64,000 nt of DNA from NCBI GenBank assembly GCA_965200875.1, contig OZ241456.1:1-64000 (forward strand), in the 5' to 3' direction. A model generated the notes under the pieces. That model saw nothing but the letters and a program-made list of their open reading frames with translations, was not told where the DNA came from and did no database searches. The position numbers and the translations under genes were made by a program. Of the stretch, positions 30,606-42,651 are shown in pieces; the stretch's first letter is position 1, and each line of letters opens with the position of its first letter. The DNA is from Bdellovibrionales bacterium. Lineage in GTDB: Bacteria > Bdellovibrionota > Bdellovibrionia > Bdellovibrionales > UBA1609.

Positions 30606-33301
30606 ATTTTTATTTTTTTCTTTTTTAACTGTTGTTTTTGCTTTCTTCGTTGGGCCCGGTTAAGGGCGCGAGGAGGTGCGGAGGTTTGAGGAGCTTTTGA
30701 CTGGTTGGAAGGAAGAGAGACTTTTACCTGCGGACGTTCATAATCCCAGCCGGTTTCATCGTAATCTCTTTGCATTTTAAAATCTTCTTCCGTTTCATCT
30801 ATCTGAATTTGAATTTTAAAAAGCTTTTCAATAGCCTCAGTGGCTACCTGAAAGGTCATACTCTCAAATAAGGCAAAAGATTCTTTCTTATATTCCACCA
30901 AAGGATCTTTTTGGGCATAAGCTCTAAGATTAATTCCTTCTTTCAAACGATCTATATTTTCCAAATGTTCTTTCCATCTGGCATCTAAAGTCTGAAGTAA
31001 AATCAGCTGAGAAACAGGTTTAAAATGTTCCTTCATTTCCTCTTTTTTCAAATCATAATGTTTTTTTACTTCTGATTTTACTAAAGAAACCAAAGGATCA
31101 GCATTGATTTTCTGACCTTCCCACTTGCCTTCAAGAGATTCCTGAATGTTCAATTCTTGATTTCCCATAGAAAAACTTTCAGGAAGAGAAAAACCAAACT
31201 GCTGATAAACCGACTGATTAAGCCCTTTTAAATTCCAATGCTCAGGTTTCGTTTGCTCCCCCACATAAGTATCCAAAACATTGGATGTGATCTCACTTAG
31301 AAAATCCAGGCTCTGCTTTTCCACTTTTTCCAGATTCATAATATTCCGGCGCATTTTGTAAATAACGGTTCTTTGCTGATTCATCACATCATCGTATTCT
31401 AGGAGACCTTTCCTGATATCAAAGTTATGCCCTTCCACTCTTTTTTGAGCACGAGCAATGGATTTGGTTACAGGTCTGGCTATGATAGCCTCTTCATCAG
31501 GCACTTTCAGCATATCCATTATTTTTTGCATATTTTGTCCGCCAAAAATCCTCATCAGGTCATCTTCCAGAGATAAGTAAAAGCGGGAGGCACCCGGATC
31601 TCCCTGTCTACCGGATCGGCCTCTTAATTGATTATCAATGCGTCTGGATTCATGTCTTTCTGTACCAATAATATAAAGCCCTCCGGCAGATAACACCTTT
31701 TGCTTTTCCTGTTCGCAAAGCTGATTGAATTTCAAGAGAGATTTCTTTTTTAACTCTTCTTCAGCTGACTCGCTCAATTCCGCACGAGACAAAAATTCAG
31801 GGTTGCCACCCAAGACAATGTCCGTTCCCCGACCGGCCATATTTGTGGCAATGGTAACTGCCTTGAATCTTCCCGCCTGTGCCACAATTTCCGCTTCTCT
31901 TTCATGGTGTTTGGCATTCAAGACATTATGCTTTATACTTGCTGACTTTAAAACCGCAGAAAGTTTTTCTGAAGTGTCAATACTCACTGTCCCCACTAAA
32001 ACTGGTTGTCCTTTTTCATGTGCAACTTCTATTTCCTCCACAATCGCATCAAATTTGGCCTTTTGGGTTTTATAAACAACATCATTCCAATCTTCCCGGC
32101 GAATGGGTTTATTGGTGGGAACCACAAAAACCTTTAACTTATAAATTTTTTCAAATTCAACCGCTTCTGTTTCTGCTGTTCCTGTCATACCCGCCAGCTT
32201 GGAATACATTCTGAAATAATTTTGAAAAGTCACAGAAGCCAAAGTTTGATTTTCTTTCTTTACCCGCACATTTTCCTTGGCTTCAATAGCCTGGTGCAGA
32301 CCATCACTCCATCGCCTACCTGGCATGAGACGCCCTGTAAACTCATCCACAATGATCACCTCATTATCCTTGACCATATAATCCACATCCCTTTTAAAAA
32401 GATGATGCGCTTTCAAGGCCTGATAAATATGATGCACTAGCTCAATATGAGCAATATCATAAAGATTTTTTATCTTTAACAGTTGCTCCACTTTGGAGTT
32501 ACCCTCTTCTGTAAGAGAAACAGTTCTGGATTTTTCCTCCATAGTAAAATGCTGATCTTTGACCAGCTCAGGAATAACACGATTGATATAATGATATTTT
32601 TCTGTGGAATCCTCTTTGGGGCCGGAAATAATAAGAGGGGTCCGCGCTTCATCTATTAAAATGGAATCACATTCATCCACAATGGCAAAGTTAAGCTCTC
32701 TTTGCACACAATGACCAAGGTCAAATTTCATATTATCTCTTAAATAATCAAAACCAAATTCGTTATTTGTGCCATAAGTGATATCCGCCCCATAAGCCTT
32801 TTTTCGCTCCTGATCCGTCAAGTCATGCAAAATAGCACCTGTGCTAAGTCCTAACCAATTATAAATCTGCCCCATCCACTCCGTATCTCTCCTAGCCAGA
32901 TAATCATTTACGGTTACCACATGCACTCCTTTGCCTTCTAAAGCGTTTAGATAAACCGGCAAGGTTGCCACCAATGTTTTTCCCTCCCCCGTCTTCATTT
33001 CCGCAATTTGACCTCTGTGCAAAACCACACCTCCGATAAGTTGCACATCATAATGTCTCAATCCCAGCACTCGGCGGGCAGACTCCCGACAAACGGCAAA
33101 ACTCTCTGGCAGTAATTCCTCCAAAGAACGGCCTTTTTCCATTTGTTCCTTAAATTGTCTGGTTTTTCTTTTGAGATCTTCATGGGACAAAGCCCGCATA
33201 CCCTGTTCCAAAGAATTGATTTTTTCCACTAAAGGAGCAAAACTCTTCAACTCTCTTTCATGGTGAGTACCAAAAAGGCGGGTAAGAAAAGACTCTATCA
33301 T
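30602..33301 (-). CDS. secA: Preprotein translocase subunit SecA
   Basis: [40 protein letters not shown]. Confidence 0.97.
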   Translation of the reverse strand: MIESFLTRLFGTHHERELKSFAPLVEKINSLEQGMRALSHEDLKRKTRQFKEQMEKGRSLEELLPESFAVCRESARRVLGLRHYDVQLIGGVVLHRGQIAEMKTGEGKTLVATLPVYLNALEGKGVHVVTVNDYLARRDTEWMGQIYNWLGLSTGAILHDLTDQERKKAYGADITYGTNNEFGFDYLRDNMKFDLGHCVQRELNFAIVDECDSILIDEARTPLIISGPKEDSTEKYHYINRVIPELVKDQHFTMEEKSRTVSLTEEGNSKVEQLLKIKNLYDIAHIELVHHIYQALKAHHLFKRDVDYMVKDNEVIIVDEFTGRLMPGRRWSDGLHQAIEAKENVRVKKENQTLASVTFQNYFRMYSKLAGMTGTAETEAVEFEKIYKLKVFVVPTNKPIRREDWNDVVYKTQKAKFDAIVEEIEVAHEKGQPVLVGTVSIDTSEKLSAVLKSASIKHNVLNAKHHEREAEIVAQAGRFKAVTIATNMAGRGTDIVLGGNPEFLSRAELSESAEEELKKKSLLKFNQLCEQEKQKVLSAGGLYIIGTERHESRRIDNQLRGRSGRQGDPGASRFYLSLEDDLMRIFGGQNMQKIMDMLKVPDEEAIIARPVTKSIARAQKRVEGHNFDIRKGLLEYDDVMNQQRTVIYKMRRNIMNLEKVEKQSLDFLSEITSNVLDTYVGEQTKPEHWNLKGLNQSVYQQFGFSLPESFSMGNQELNIQESLEGKWEGQKINADPLVSLVKSEVKKHYDLKKEEMKEHFKPVSQLILLQTLDARWKEHLENIDRLKEGINLRAYAQKDPLVEYKKESFALFESMTFQVATEAIEKLFKIQIQIDETEEDFKMQRDYDETGWDYERPQVKVSLPSNQSKAPQTSAPPRALNRAQRRKQKQQLKKKKIKI

Positions 33302-33363
33302 TTTGAAATATACTCCTATGGATGAACGGTTTGTCCTCTAGGAAAAATTCAACCGGCAGGTTT

Positions 33364-34080
33364 TTATTTAAGCCAAAAAACAGGTCTAAAATCCTGAGGT
33401 ATTTTGACAGAGAATAAATTATCATCCACAGGAAAAGAAAACAAAGAATACTGAAAAGTAAAATGAAAATCAGTGCTTTTTAATGAGAGCGATCTCTTTT
33501 TTCCTCTTTCCCACTTAATCACCCAGACTGGATCCTGGCATTCCACCGGAAGGTTTTCTTTATCCGTCTTACAGGCCCAAGCTTTCCCAACAGGCTTTCG
33601 ATCAAAAAATACTTCCTTAAATAAGGAAGGACTAAAATTTTTCGGGAAAAAATCAGGAAAAACAGCCTTAATATCATGGCCTTTATAAAATTCCTTTCTT
33701 CGCAAAAACAACACAATAATATCATTTTTATTCCACAACATGGTGAAAACAGGAATCCCCAAAGAAGCGCGTACATCCATCCGCAGAGCATTTTCACGGG
33801 ATATAAAAATATCTCCTGAAAAATAATGTTTTTTCTTTTTCTGAACAATCAACATTGTGCCTGAAAAACCACCAGCTTGGTATGAACTCAGATCATGAGG
33901 AATGGCTGTTTTTTTTTTTAAAAAGGTCTGGCAGGATAAAACACTTGCCAAAAGAATGAAAAAAACTAAACAACTACACAGCCAACTGAATATACAACAG
34001 TTTTTTCTCCAGTTTTTTCCTTCTGTTCTCATCGGCCTCCAACCCAATAGCTTTTTTGTACAAAGAAATGGATTTGTCAA
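33364..34080 (-). CDS. Putative LolB/DUF4292-like lipoprotein (true start probably downstream of 34080)
   Basis: Hydrophobic stretch ending VLSC; beta-rich body; follows a TPR gene. Confidence 0.55.
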   Translation of the reverse strand: MTNPFLCTKKLLGWRPMRTEGKNWRKNCCIFSWLCSCLVFFILLASVLSCQTFLKKKTAIPHDLSSYQAGGFSGTMLIVQKKKKHYFSGDIFISRENALRMDVRASLGIPVFTMLWNKNDIIVLFLRRKEFYKGHDIKAVFPDFFPKNFSPSLFKEVFFDRKPVGKAWACKTDKENLPVECQDPVWVIKWERGKKRSLSLKSTDFHFTFQYSLFSFPVDDNLFSVKIPQDFRPVFWLK

Positions 34081-35500
34081 TCATATTCAAGTGATAATAA
34101 ACTTCCGCAAGATGTTCAGCAATCAAACCTTCGGCAGTGTTACCCTGATAAGCTCTTTTAAGATATTCCAGAGCCTTCTCTGTTTTCCCTCTTTTGAAAA
34201 ACACCCACCCTGCTGTATCCAGAATATAACTATCATTGGGAGAAAGAGAAAGTGCTTTTACAACCATTTTTTCCGCGGACTCCAGATTTTCATTTATTTC
34301 TGCATAAACAAAAGCAAGATGATTAAGAGCTTCCACATGATTAGTGTCAATTTTTAATACAGCTTTCATCCACTTGATAGCTTGATCTGTTTGGCCGGAT
34401 TGATCATATACAAAGCCTTTATAAAATAAAATATCCACATCTTTTGGAAAAATTTTGGAAGCCTGTGAAAGTATTTCCAAAGCTTTTGAAAAATTCTTTT
34501 TTCTTTCAAACAAGCTGGCGTACAAAGTATAAATATGCGAAGACACTCGTGGATATGTGGCCACTGTTTTCTCTAAAATAGAAATGGCTTTGCTATATTC
34601 CTTCTTTTGCCCCCACATCCAAGCCAAATGTGCCTGAAGCATCCAGTTTTCTGGCTGAGCTGACACAAAAGGTTCAAAATATCCAATAGCTTTTTCCCAA
34701 TGAGCTTTTTCTGCATAAAAACGAAATAAAATCAGAGAAACTTGTGGATAAAAACCCGAATTTTCATAAAAATCCTCTAAAACTGAAATCGCTTGCTCCC
34801 TTTTCCCCGCCTGTTGATAAAAAGAAAAAAGCTCCATCGCCGGGGCCAGAAAATCAGGTTGAAAATAAAGGGACTTCCTTAAATGAAACAAAAATTTTTG
34901 AACTTGGTCTTCCTGCTTATTAATCTGAGCCAGCAGATAGTGGATTTTATGCAGATTTTTTTTCCCTACCTGACTTAAAGTGACAAAGATCGGACGAGCC
35001 AGCGCGCTCTCACCTTTTTTTATATATAATAAGCCTTTCCTGTATAAAGCCTCTATATGATATGGTTTTTTTCTTAACACCCAGCTGTATTCAACAAGTG
35101 CTTTATTATACATAAGGTTTTTTTCATATATTTTCCCCATTTTTAAATGCAAAGCTAGGTTATCCGGCCACTTTTTCAAAAGCCTTGTGCATTGTGCAAA
35201 AGCCTCTAAATAAAGTTTTGCCTGAAAGTACTCATTCATTAAACGAAACTGCAGAAAAAAAGAATGAGGATGATAAACAAGAGCTGATTTAAAAGCCTCG
35301 ATAGCCTGCTCCCGCAAACCTTGGGAAGATTTTCCTTCTCCTCTTATATAGTGCCAATCCGCTTGGGATTGAAGATAATGATGATCCAGTATAAATTTTT
35401 GAACTGGTTTTTCTGAATTTTTGCCGGTTTTTTTAATAGACAAACTATGACAAGCTGTTATAAAAGGGATAAGAAACAAAAGAAGATATATTTTTTTCAT
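33974..35500 (-). CDS. Tetratricopeptide repeat lipoprotein
   Basis: MKKIYLLLFLIPFITAC lipobox; ALNHLAFVYAE and ILDTAGWVFFK TPR motifs. Confidence 0.85.
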   Translation of the reverse strand: MKKIYLLLFLIPFITACHSLSIKKTGKNSEKPVQKFILDHHYLQSQADWHYIRGEGKSSQGLREQAIEAFKSALVYHPHSFFLQFRLMNEYFQAKLYLEAFAQCTRLLKKWPDNLALHLKMGKIYEKNLMYNKALVEYSWVLRKKPYHIEALYRKGLLYIKKGESALARPIFVTLSQVGKKNLHKIHYLLAQINKQEDQVQKFLFHLRKSLYFQPDFLAPAMELFSFYQQAGKREQAISVLEDFYENSGFYPQVSLILFRFYAEKAHWEKAIGYFEPFVSAQPENWMLQAHLAWMWGQKKEYSKAISILEKTVATYPRVSSHIYTLYASLFERKKNFSKALEILSQASKIFPKDVDILFYKGFVYDQSGQTDQAIKWMKAVLKIDTNHVEALNHLAFVYAEINENLESAEKMVVKALSLSPNDSYILDTAGWVFFKRGKTEKALEYLKRAYQGNTAEGLIAEHLAEVYYHLNMIDKSISLYKKAIGLEADENRRKKLEKKLLYIQLAV

Positions 35501-35821
35501 ACCTAGTGTATCGGCATGAAAAAAAAACACTTTACTTAAAAAAAACAAAATAACAGAAAATACAGTAAGTGTCTGTATTTACTTGAAGTAAAAATATTTT
35601 TTTTGGATTCGCTGAAAATCCTATACTTTAATTCTGTAAATATTTTTTTCAGTTTTTATCCTCCTTAATCTAACACAAAAAACACCATCAAAAAAATTAC
35701 AAAAAATAAAAACATATCTTGACAAATTGAGAAAATTCTCTTTATCATACGCTCCAATAAAAACAAGAAAGTTCTTATACATTCCACGGACGATTTAAAC
35801 CTTAACAATAAGGAGGAAAGA

Positions 35822-36409
35822 GTGGACCAAAACATCATCCACAGAACAGCATCCATGAGTAACTCTCCAAGACAATCAAAAGCCAAAGTCATTAAACGAT
35901 ATGGCAATCGCAAGCTTTATGATACGGAAAAAAGCTCGTATGTCGTATTGAATGACATAGCCAAAATGATCCGCAACGAAGAGGAAGTACAGATCATTGA
36001 CAATGAAACAAAAGACGACATCACATCCGCCACCTTAATTCAAATCATTTTCGGATCTGAAAAAAAAGCCTCCCTGCCAGCACCTTTGCATGTTCTCAAG
36101 TCCATCATTAAAAAAGGGGATGGAAGTTTTTCCAATTATCTGTCCGAAATAGGTGTGTTAAAAAATCAAATAACAGATGAAGAAATAACTATAGAGGAAG
36201 ACGAAGATGAAGATGAAGACGAAAGTGACACAGATGATGACGACCTTTACAGTTCCTCAGCAAATCATCAGTTTCATTCACCTGAGACTTTGCCAGAAAG
36301 AATTGTGAATGCCATGAAGAAAAACTCTTCAGCGGAGAATGAAAAAACCATTCTTCCCGGTTCAAACAGCAACTTAGTGAAAGAAAAAGAAGAAGAAGAT
36401 AAAGACTGA
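35822..36409 (+). CDS. PhaR-like (PHA synthesis regulator) DNA-binding domain protein
   Basis: VIKRYGNRKLYDTEKSSYV...DNETKDDIT motif. Confidence 0.85.
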   Translation: MDQNIIHRTASMSNSPRQSKAKVIKRYGNRKLYDTEKSSYVVLNDIAKMIRNEEEVQIIDNETKDDITSATLIQIIFGSEKKASLPAPLHVLKSIIKKGDGSFSNYLSEIGVLKNQITDEEITIEEDEDEDEDESDTDDDDLYSSSANHQFHSPETLPERIVNAMKKNSSAENEKTILPGSNSNLVKEKEEEDKD

Positions 36410-36430
36410 AAAGCTTTAATGGAAAAAATT

Positions 36431-36506
36431 TGGCTGTGGTGGAGGGACTCGAACCCCCGACCAAGTGGTTAACAGCCACCTGCTCTACCAGCTGAGCTAC
36501 ACCACA
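36431..36506 (-). tRNA. tRNA-Asn(GTT)
   Basis: Cloverleaf with GGTGG-CTGTTAA-CCACT anticodon arm; encoded CCA. Confidence 0.95.
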
Positions 36507-36521
36507 ATCCTATAAACTCAG

Positions 36522-36550
36522 AGCTTAAAGAAGGGATATTTTTCTGTCAA
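36522..36550 (-). promoter_or_regulatory. Sigma70 promoter of tRNA-Asn
   Basis: TTGACA-N17-TAAGCT on the minus strand. Confidence 0.6.
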
Positions 36551-36555
36551 TAAAC

Positions 36556-36852
36556 TTATTTCTTGATGAATTTTTTCGATGAATTTTCAGAATTTGTCTT
36601 TATCCGGAAAGACCGTTCCCTAGGCGGTGGATTTGTCACAGAAAACACTCCCTTTAAACCCGCCTTAAAACCTGGAGTATTTGTCTGCTTTATAAGAAAA
36701 AGCACAAATAAAAAACCCATTACCATAATATTGAGTTTTATATACCAAGAAATTCCTATTTTTCTTTTATTCCAAAAAGCCGGACGAGAGCCTGGAGAAA
36801 ATTCTTTTGATTCTTGTTCTCTGTCTGATTCCACCAAGCTGTTTAAAAACAT
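36556..36852 (-). CDS. Hypothetical single-TM protein
   Basis: 98-aa ORF with one hydrophobic helix, between two tRNAs. Confidence 0.4.
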   Translation of the reverse strand: MFLNSLVESDREQESKEFSPGSRPAFWNKRKIGISWYIKLNIMVMGFLFVLFLIKQTNTPGFKAGLKGVFSVTNPPPRERSFRIKTNSENSSKKFIKK

Positions 36853-36973
36853 AACATACCCTTTTTTTTTAACTTACTTTGAAAGTTTTAGTCCCCAGAC
36901 ATACAAAGCCTTTGAATAATCAATCGGTTTAAAATCGACAGAGGAGTGCCCATTATCCACCACTATAAACATA

Positions 36974-37060
36974 CGGAGAGGGTGAGATTCGAACTCACGA
37001 GACCTGTGAAGGTCTGCCGGTTTTCAAGACCGGTGCATTCAACCACTCTGCCACCTCTCC
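36974..37060 (-). tRNA. tRNA-Ser(TGA), CCA not encoded
   Basis: GGAGAGG acceptor, CCGGT-CTTGAAA-ACCGG anticodon arm, long variable arm. Confidence 0.93.
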
Positions 37061-37143
37061 AGTTTTTTCTGGACCTTATTTTTTACACTCGGAGAGATTA
37101 TAAATACAAAACCCGTCTAGCTCGGGATTCAAATATATATTAT

Positions 37144-37419
37144 TTATCCACTGTCTGCTATCAGTATGTATGCTTTCATAAGAAAAATTATCAAAATAAA
37201 AAACACATCAACCAATAAAACACTTAAAAATCCCATTTTTTTTACCAAAGTAAAGAAAGCAAAACTCACTGTCAAAAAAATAAACATAAAGGAAAAGTAA
37301 CCATAATCCATCAAGGACTGACCTATTATGGAAAGGAAAATCCCGGTTAAAACTGCGGAAAAAAGCTTAAAAAGAAAAGTAATATATTTTTTAATAAGCA
37401 ATTTTTTTGGCTGTAACAT
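37144..37419 (-). CDS. Small hypothetical membrane protein (3 TM)
   Basis: Strongly hydrophobic 91-aa ORF. Confidence 0.65.
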   Translation of the reverse strand: MLQPKKLLIKKYITFLFKLFSAVLTGIFLSIIGQSLMDYGYFSFMFIFLTVSFAFFTLVKKMGFLSVLLVDVFFILIIFLMKAYILIADSG

Positions 37420-37499
37420 TTTTTTCTCTCAAAATTACAGGGATTTTTCTCTCCCTTTTATACAGAAAAACCAAGGTTTCAGAAACTTCTTTTCCCCAT

Positions 37500-40445
37500 T
37501 TAACCACAGTTTTCCTCTGTCTTCCCAGTCAGTTTAGACAGTTTTTTCATTCTTTTTTCAATATCCCTACGATCAGGTGCTCTGGGCATCAAATTTAAAT
37601 AATTACAATAAGAACCTGTAGCTTCCTGATAATCCCCTCTGATTTCATAGATAATTCCAAACTCTTTGTACAACAAAGGATCACCTGACTTTGTATCACC
37701 ATCCTCTCCTTTGGCTTTTTTAAGAATTTTCACAGCTAAATCCAAGTGGCCGGAACCTCTATAACAACGTGCTGTTTTGACATAAAAGTTCATATTATCC
37801 GGGTTTAATTCAACAGCTTTTTGGTATTCCACAGCACAATCTAAAAACTTTCCCATTTTTTCATACGATTCTCCCGCCAGCAAATAAGGGGTAATGAGTT
37901 TTGGATTGGAGCGACTTTCTAAACGAGCTTGGTTAATAGCTGTTTCATAATCTCCTTTTAAAAAAGCAATTCTTCCCAGATAATAATGAGCTTTTGGATA
38001 TAATTTGTTTAAAGCCAGAGCTTTTTCAAAATGTCTTTTGGCCTCTGGATATCTTTTTTCTTTCAAGCGAAGCTGACCTATATAAAAGGTAGGTAAAGGA
38101 TCTGAAGGATTTATAATAGCAGACTTTAAAAAGGCTTCATAAGCACTTTTAAAGTCTCCATTAAACATAAAAATCCGACCCAGATAAAAATAAGCTTCAT
38201 TATATTTGGGTTCAATATCAATAATTTTAAGCAACGCAGACTGCGCTCTGCCATACTGTTCATCCGTAAATAAATATTTCACCAGTTCCATACGATACTT
38301 GATAGCAAGCGGATAATTTTCCACCAACTTTTGAAAGTAGTTTACTCCTGTATCCACTCCATAAACATTTCCCAGTGCTTTTGCATAAGCAATTTGTGTT
38401 TTTGTCGCGTTAGGATCCACCTCCAACCCTCGCGTGGCAAAAGCTAGGGCTTCATCCACATCACCTGTTTTTCCATAAGCTTCAGATAAAATCACATACG
38501 ATTCCATATCCGCTTCATATATTTTTAAAGCCATTTTAGCGTACCGAATGGCTTTATTGTAATCCTCTCTTTTCATGGATACATAAGCTTTTCCCCGGTA
38601 AAGCTCATAACTTCTGGGCACTTTTCGAAAAGCTATTTCTAAAATCCTATTGGCATTATGAAAATCATACTTCTCAGAATAATATTCTGACATTAACACA
38701 TAAGCCTCCATCATAACGGGATTGATATTAATAGCCTTTTTCAACCAAGAAAGAGCCTGAGCAGAAAAACTTAAAGCCCAGTAACTTTTTGCCACTTTAA
38801 CCGCGACCATTGCATTTTGCCCTCTATCCACTTCAAAAGCCTCTTCATAATATCCAATCGCCTGACGAAATTTGTTATCTAAAACCAGCTGATCCGCCTC
38901 GTAAATCAGCTGATGACTTCTTACCTGTGTCTGTTTGAGTGTTTCCACACCTCCAATCTGAATAATTAAATTCCGAATGGTTTTATTGGCAGGATTATAG
39001 CTATAAGCCCGGCGGGCGTATTCAAGGGTTTTTCCCATATCCTTTTTTTTCATACTAATTTCCGCCAAAGCAAAATAAGCTTCTGAGAGAGTTCTATAGG
39101 AAACAATTTCCGGATCACTTAAAGCTGTTTTTAATGTGCTTTCCGCTTTAGCTGTTTTATGGAAATATTTATATTCCATCAAACCTATTTTAAGTTTGAC
39201 CTCTTTATGTCCGGGTTCCAAGCTTAAAACTTTTTTATATATGGCCAAAGCTCTAGCCGGTTTATTTTGTTTCACCAAAACATCACCCATTATCATATAA
39301 GGAGCACTCCATTTAGGCAGAATTGTTTGAACTGTATTCAAATAACTGATCATATTTGCGTAATCATTCAAATAATACAAAACCCTAGCTTTCAAGTAAT
39401 AAAAAAGAGGCACAAGTTTTTGTGATTCCACATCTTTTACAGATCCGCTTAACCCATCCAGAGAACTTTCCACCATTGTCTTGGCATCCTCATATTTCCC
39501 TTTGATAAGTAGCCCCACAGAGTGGCACAAACCAGATCTGACACCTCCTTTATTTAAAAGCCCTGCTCTATTAATTAACAGAGATACAGCATTTGTGGCT
39601 TTCAGGTCTTGTCGAGTAAAAGGCCATAGCTCCAAATACACAAGACAAAGCATGGCCATTGTGTAAGTGTCTTTAGGGTCCCCTTCTATCGCGCTCACGA
39701 ATAAAGTTTGCGCTTTCCCATAAGAAGAAACAGTGCCCCGCAAATAATTCAAAAGACCTTGTTTTATCAACAGGTCTTTTTGCTGAGGGGAAATGGATGG
39801 TTGTCTTTTTTTAGCAACCGCCAGTGTAACATATTCCTGTACAGATTTTTGCTCCGTTTCATACTGAAAAAAGAAAAACACCAATATTCCCAAAACTCCC
39901 AACAAAAAGATCAGTCTTTTTTTTCGAAAAGAAGGAGGTTGATTTTCACTCACTCCCTCTTCACTCAAAATCTCTTCCGGTTCCAAAAGATCGTAGCTCT
40001 CCTCTTCTGGGTGATAAAGGACTGTTTTTTCCACCGAAGATTTCGTTTTTTTCTTTACCCGAAAAGAATCTTTTTTTCTTTGTTTTTCCTTATACTTACG
40101 AAGAGATTTTAATTCATTCACATCAATCATTACTGTCGCAGAAGACCTACTCACACTCTCCGGAAAAGAAGAAGACTTCCGGGAAGAACGTCCAACAGAA
40201 GGAGCAGAAGCAGAAGAAACCGTATTCCCATCCTGGCCATCTACCTGGGATAAAACCTGCAAAAGCTGTTCATAAAACTGGGGTTCAACAGATACAGGCT
40301 TCCACTTACCACCGGGATATTCAGCAATAGTTTCTTCACCTTCAATTGTTTTTTCCTTAATAAGCTTAATAATGTCGTCTGAAGACAAAGGTCCCTGAAT
40401 ACGACCATTTTTACTTTTAATCAGCCAAAGCTTTTTTGAACTCAT
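37500..40445 (-). CDS. Large TPR protein with N-terminal GYF-like domain and TM anchor
   Basis: WLIKSKNGRIQGPLS; one TM helix; many TPR repeats. Confidence 0.85.
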   Translation of the reverse strand: MSSKKLWLIKSKNGRIQGPLSSDDIIKLIKEKTIEGEETIAEYPGGKWKPVSVEPQFYEQLLQVLSQVDGQDGNTVSSASAPSVGRSSRKSSSFPESVSRSSATVMIDVNELKSLRKYKEKQRKKDSFRVKKKTKSSVEKTVLYHPEEESYDLLEPEEILSEEGVSENQPPSFRKKRLIFLLGVLGILVFFFFQYETEQKSVQEYVTLAVAKKRQPSISPQQKDLLIKQGLLNYLRGTVSSYGKAQTLFVSAIEGDPKDTYTMAMLCLVYLELWPFTRQDLKATNAVSLLINRAGLLNKGGVRSGLCHSVGLLIKGKYEDAKTMVESSLDGLSGSVKDVESQKLVPLFYYLKARVLYYLNDYANMISYLNTVQTILPKWSAPYMIMGDVLVKQNKPARALAIYKKVLSLEPGHKEVKLKIGLMEYKYFHKTAKAESTLKTALSDPEIVSYRTLSEAYFALAEISMKKKDMGKTLEYARRAYSYNPANKTIRNLIIQIGGVETLKQTQVRSHQLIYEADQLVLDNKFRQAIGYYEEAFEVDRGQNAMVAVKVAKSYWALSFSAQALSWLKKAININPVMMEAYVLMSEYYSEKYDFHNANRILEIAFRKVPRSYELYRGKAYVSMKREDYNKAIRYAKMALKIYEADMESYVILSEAYGKTGDVDEALAFATRGLEVDPNATKTQIAYAKALGNVYGVDTGVNYFQKLVENYPLAIKYRMELVKYLFTDEQYGRAQSALLKIIDIEPKYNEAYFYLGRIFMFNGDFKSAYEAFLKSAIINPSDPLPTFYIGQLRLKEKRYPEAKRHFEKALALNKLYPKAHYYLGRIAFLKGDYETAINQARLESRSNPKLITPYLLAGESYEKMGKFLDCAVEYQKAVELNPDNMNFYVKTARCYRGSGHLDLAVKILKKAKGEDGDTKSGDPLLYKEFGIIYEIRGDYQEATGSYCNYLNLMPRAPDRRDIEKRMKKLSKLTGKTEENCG

Positions 40446-40460
40446 AGTTCCACCATATTC

Positions 40461-41717
40461 TTACTTTAATCTCTTAATATCCGCCCCTAAGCCAGATAAT
40501 TTTTCTTCCAGACACTCATATCCACGATCTAAATGATAAACTCTATGCAAAACAGTTTCTCCAACAGCCACCAAACCTGCCAAAACGAGACAAGCACTGG
40601 CCCGAAGATCTGTCGCCGTCACCGGAGCACCCTGCAACGGCCTTCCGGCTTTCACTAAAGCCGTATGAGCATCTAAATGAATATCCGCTCCCAATCGAAC
40701 CAACTCCTGAATATGCATAAAACGATTCTCAAAAATAGTTTCCCGAATGGAAGACACTCCTTTTGTTATCTGCGTCATCAATGCCATAAACTGAGCCTGA
40801 AGATCTGTGGGAAACCCTGGATAAGGGGATGTCACAATATCCACACCGGTAAAATCAGAAGGAGAAGAAAGTTTCACGGATGTTTCACTCATTTTTATAA
40901 AAAAACCGGCTGTTTCCAACTTCAAAAGCAAAGCATCCAGATGACTCGGAATACAGGAGGAAACGAGAATATTTCCTTTTGTAATCGCTCCTGCCAGCAG
41001 AATTGTGCCCGCTTCAATGCGATCGGGAATCACTGTATGCTCTGCCGGAAACAAAGTTCCTTTTGGAGTAATTTGAATTAAATCTGTTCCCGCACCTTTT
41101 ACCAAAGCCCCCATTTTATTTAAATATTCTGCGAGATCCAAAATTTCTGGCTCCCGTGCCGCATTTTCAATGACAGTGTCCCCTTCCGCCAGACAAGCCG
41201 CCATCATAAGATTTTCTGTTCCTCCTACAGTAGGATAATCCAGCAAAATCCGTGCACCAGTAAGTTTTTTTTCTACTTTAGCAGAAATAACCCCTTTAAT
41301 TACTTCAATACGCGCACCCATTTTTTTTAAACCCTTTAAATGCAAATCAACAGATCTGGTTCCAATGGCGCACCCTCCCGGCAAACTCACTGCCGCAAAA
41401 TTATACCGGGCCAATAAAGGTCCCAGGGAAAGCACTCCCGCTCTCATTTTCCGAACCAAATGATAAGGAGCTTTTAAAGATTTTAACTTTTTGGTTTTTA
41501 TTTTTAAAGTATGACCATCCCTTTGAATATCAGAACCAAAATGCTGTAACAGTAGACAAGAGGTTTCCACATCCTTTAAAACCGGAACATTATGAAAAAT
41601 ATGTTCCCCTTCTGCCAATAAACTGGAGAAAAGCAACGGCAAAGCGGAATTTTTTGAACCACTTACATGCACTTCCCCATTTAACTGTTTGCCACCTGTA
41701 ATACTGATTTTATCCAT
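40461..41717 (-). CDS. murA: UDP-N-acetylglucosamine 1-carboxyvinyltransferase
   Basis: [34 protein letters not shown]. Confidence 0.97.
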   Translation of the reverse strand: MDKISITGGKQLNGEVHVSGSKNSALPLLFSSLLAEGEHIFHNVPVLKDVETSCLLLQHFGSDIQRDGHTLKIKTKKLKSLKAPYHLVRKMRAGVLSLGPLLARYNFAAVSLPGGCAIGTRSVDLHLKGLKKMGARIEVIKGVISAKVEKKLTGARILLDYPTVGGTENLMMAACLAEGDTVIENAAREPEILDLAEYLNKMGALVKGAGTDLIQITPKGTLFPAEHTVIPDRIEAGTILLAGAITKGNILVSSCIPSHLDALLLKLETAGFFIKMSETSVKLSSPSDFTGVDIVTSPYPGFPTDLQAQFMALMTQITKGVSSIRETIFENRFMHIQELVRLGADIHLDAHTALVKAGRPLQGAPVTATDLRASACLVLAGLVAVGETVLHRVYHLDRGYECLEEKLSGLGADIKRLK

Positions 41718-42651
41718 TGCACTTTTGAAGTTGAATAACACGAACTACATGAGACAGATCCCTAAACTCTCTCACTTTCCGCATTTTGTTTTGAATCAGT
41801 TTCAAAAAAGACATATCCTGCCCGGCCCCAATTTCAAAAAAATACTGTCCTCCGGGTTTTAGCAATTTAATGGCCAAATTCAACCAAGAACGAATATGAT
41901 AAAGACCTTCTTCTTTGGAAAATAAAGCCAAAGCGGGTTCAAAAGCCACCACTTCTTTTTGCACTCTGCTGTCATCAAAGGCAATATATGGCGGGTTTGC
42001 CACAATAATATCCATTTTCCCGTATCCGGTTTGTTCCCACTTTAAGAGATCTTTTTTTAAAAACCGCACTCGATCTGAAACTCCACTTCTTATTGCGTTA
42101 GCTTTACTCACTTCCAACGCACATTCATTCAAATCAATGGCTGTTAAAAAAGCCTTCGGCAAACTGGCCAAAAGACTTAACCCCACACAACCACTGCCAC
42201 TGCCAAAGTCCATAATATTCAGTTTTTCCTCTTTCCCATAGCAGGATAACACAGCGGAAACAAGAGTCTCCGTCTCCGGGCGGGGAATAAACACACCGGG
42301 TTTCACCATAAACTCATATCCATAAAAATCTTTTTTACCGGTTATATAAGCCAGAGGCTGGCCTGTTATTCGCTGTTTAAAAAATGAATGAAACTGTCGA
42401 ATTTGCCTCTTGTTTAACCTTTGATCCCAATGAATATAAAGCTCAGATCTATTACAGCACAAAACATAACTTAAAAGCAATTCCACTTCCAACCGACTGA
42501 CTTTTTTAGGAATATAAGAAGAAAAAAATTGAATCATTTCCCCACGAGTAAAAAGCTCCTGCTCCTGCAAGAGTTTTTTTTTAAGACAGGAGAACTGCTT
42601 TAAATTTTCTGCAAACTTCAAATCCAAACAGTTTAAACTCCCCATAGTCAC
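41710..42651 (-). CDS. prmC: Release factor glutamine methyltransferase
   Basis: FIPRPETE, DFGSGSG, NPPY; follows prfA. Confidence 0.93.
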   Translation of the reverse strand: MTMGSLNCLDLKFAENLKQFSCLKKKLLQEQELFTRGEMIQFFSSYIPKKVSRLEVELLLSYVLCCNRSELYIHWDQRLNKRQIRQFHSFFKQRITGQPLAYITGKKDFYGYEFMVKPGVFIPRPETETLVSAVLSCYGKEEKLNIMDFGSGSGCVGLSLLASLPKAFLTAIDLNECALEVSKANAIRSGVSDRVRFLKKDLLKWEQTGYGKMDIIVANPPYIAFDDSRVQKEVVAFEPALALFSKEEGLYHIRSWLNLAIKLLKPGGQYFFEIGAGQDMSFLKLIQNKMRKVREFRDLSHVVRVIQLQKCNG

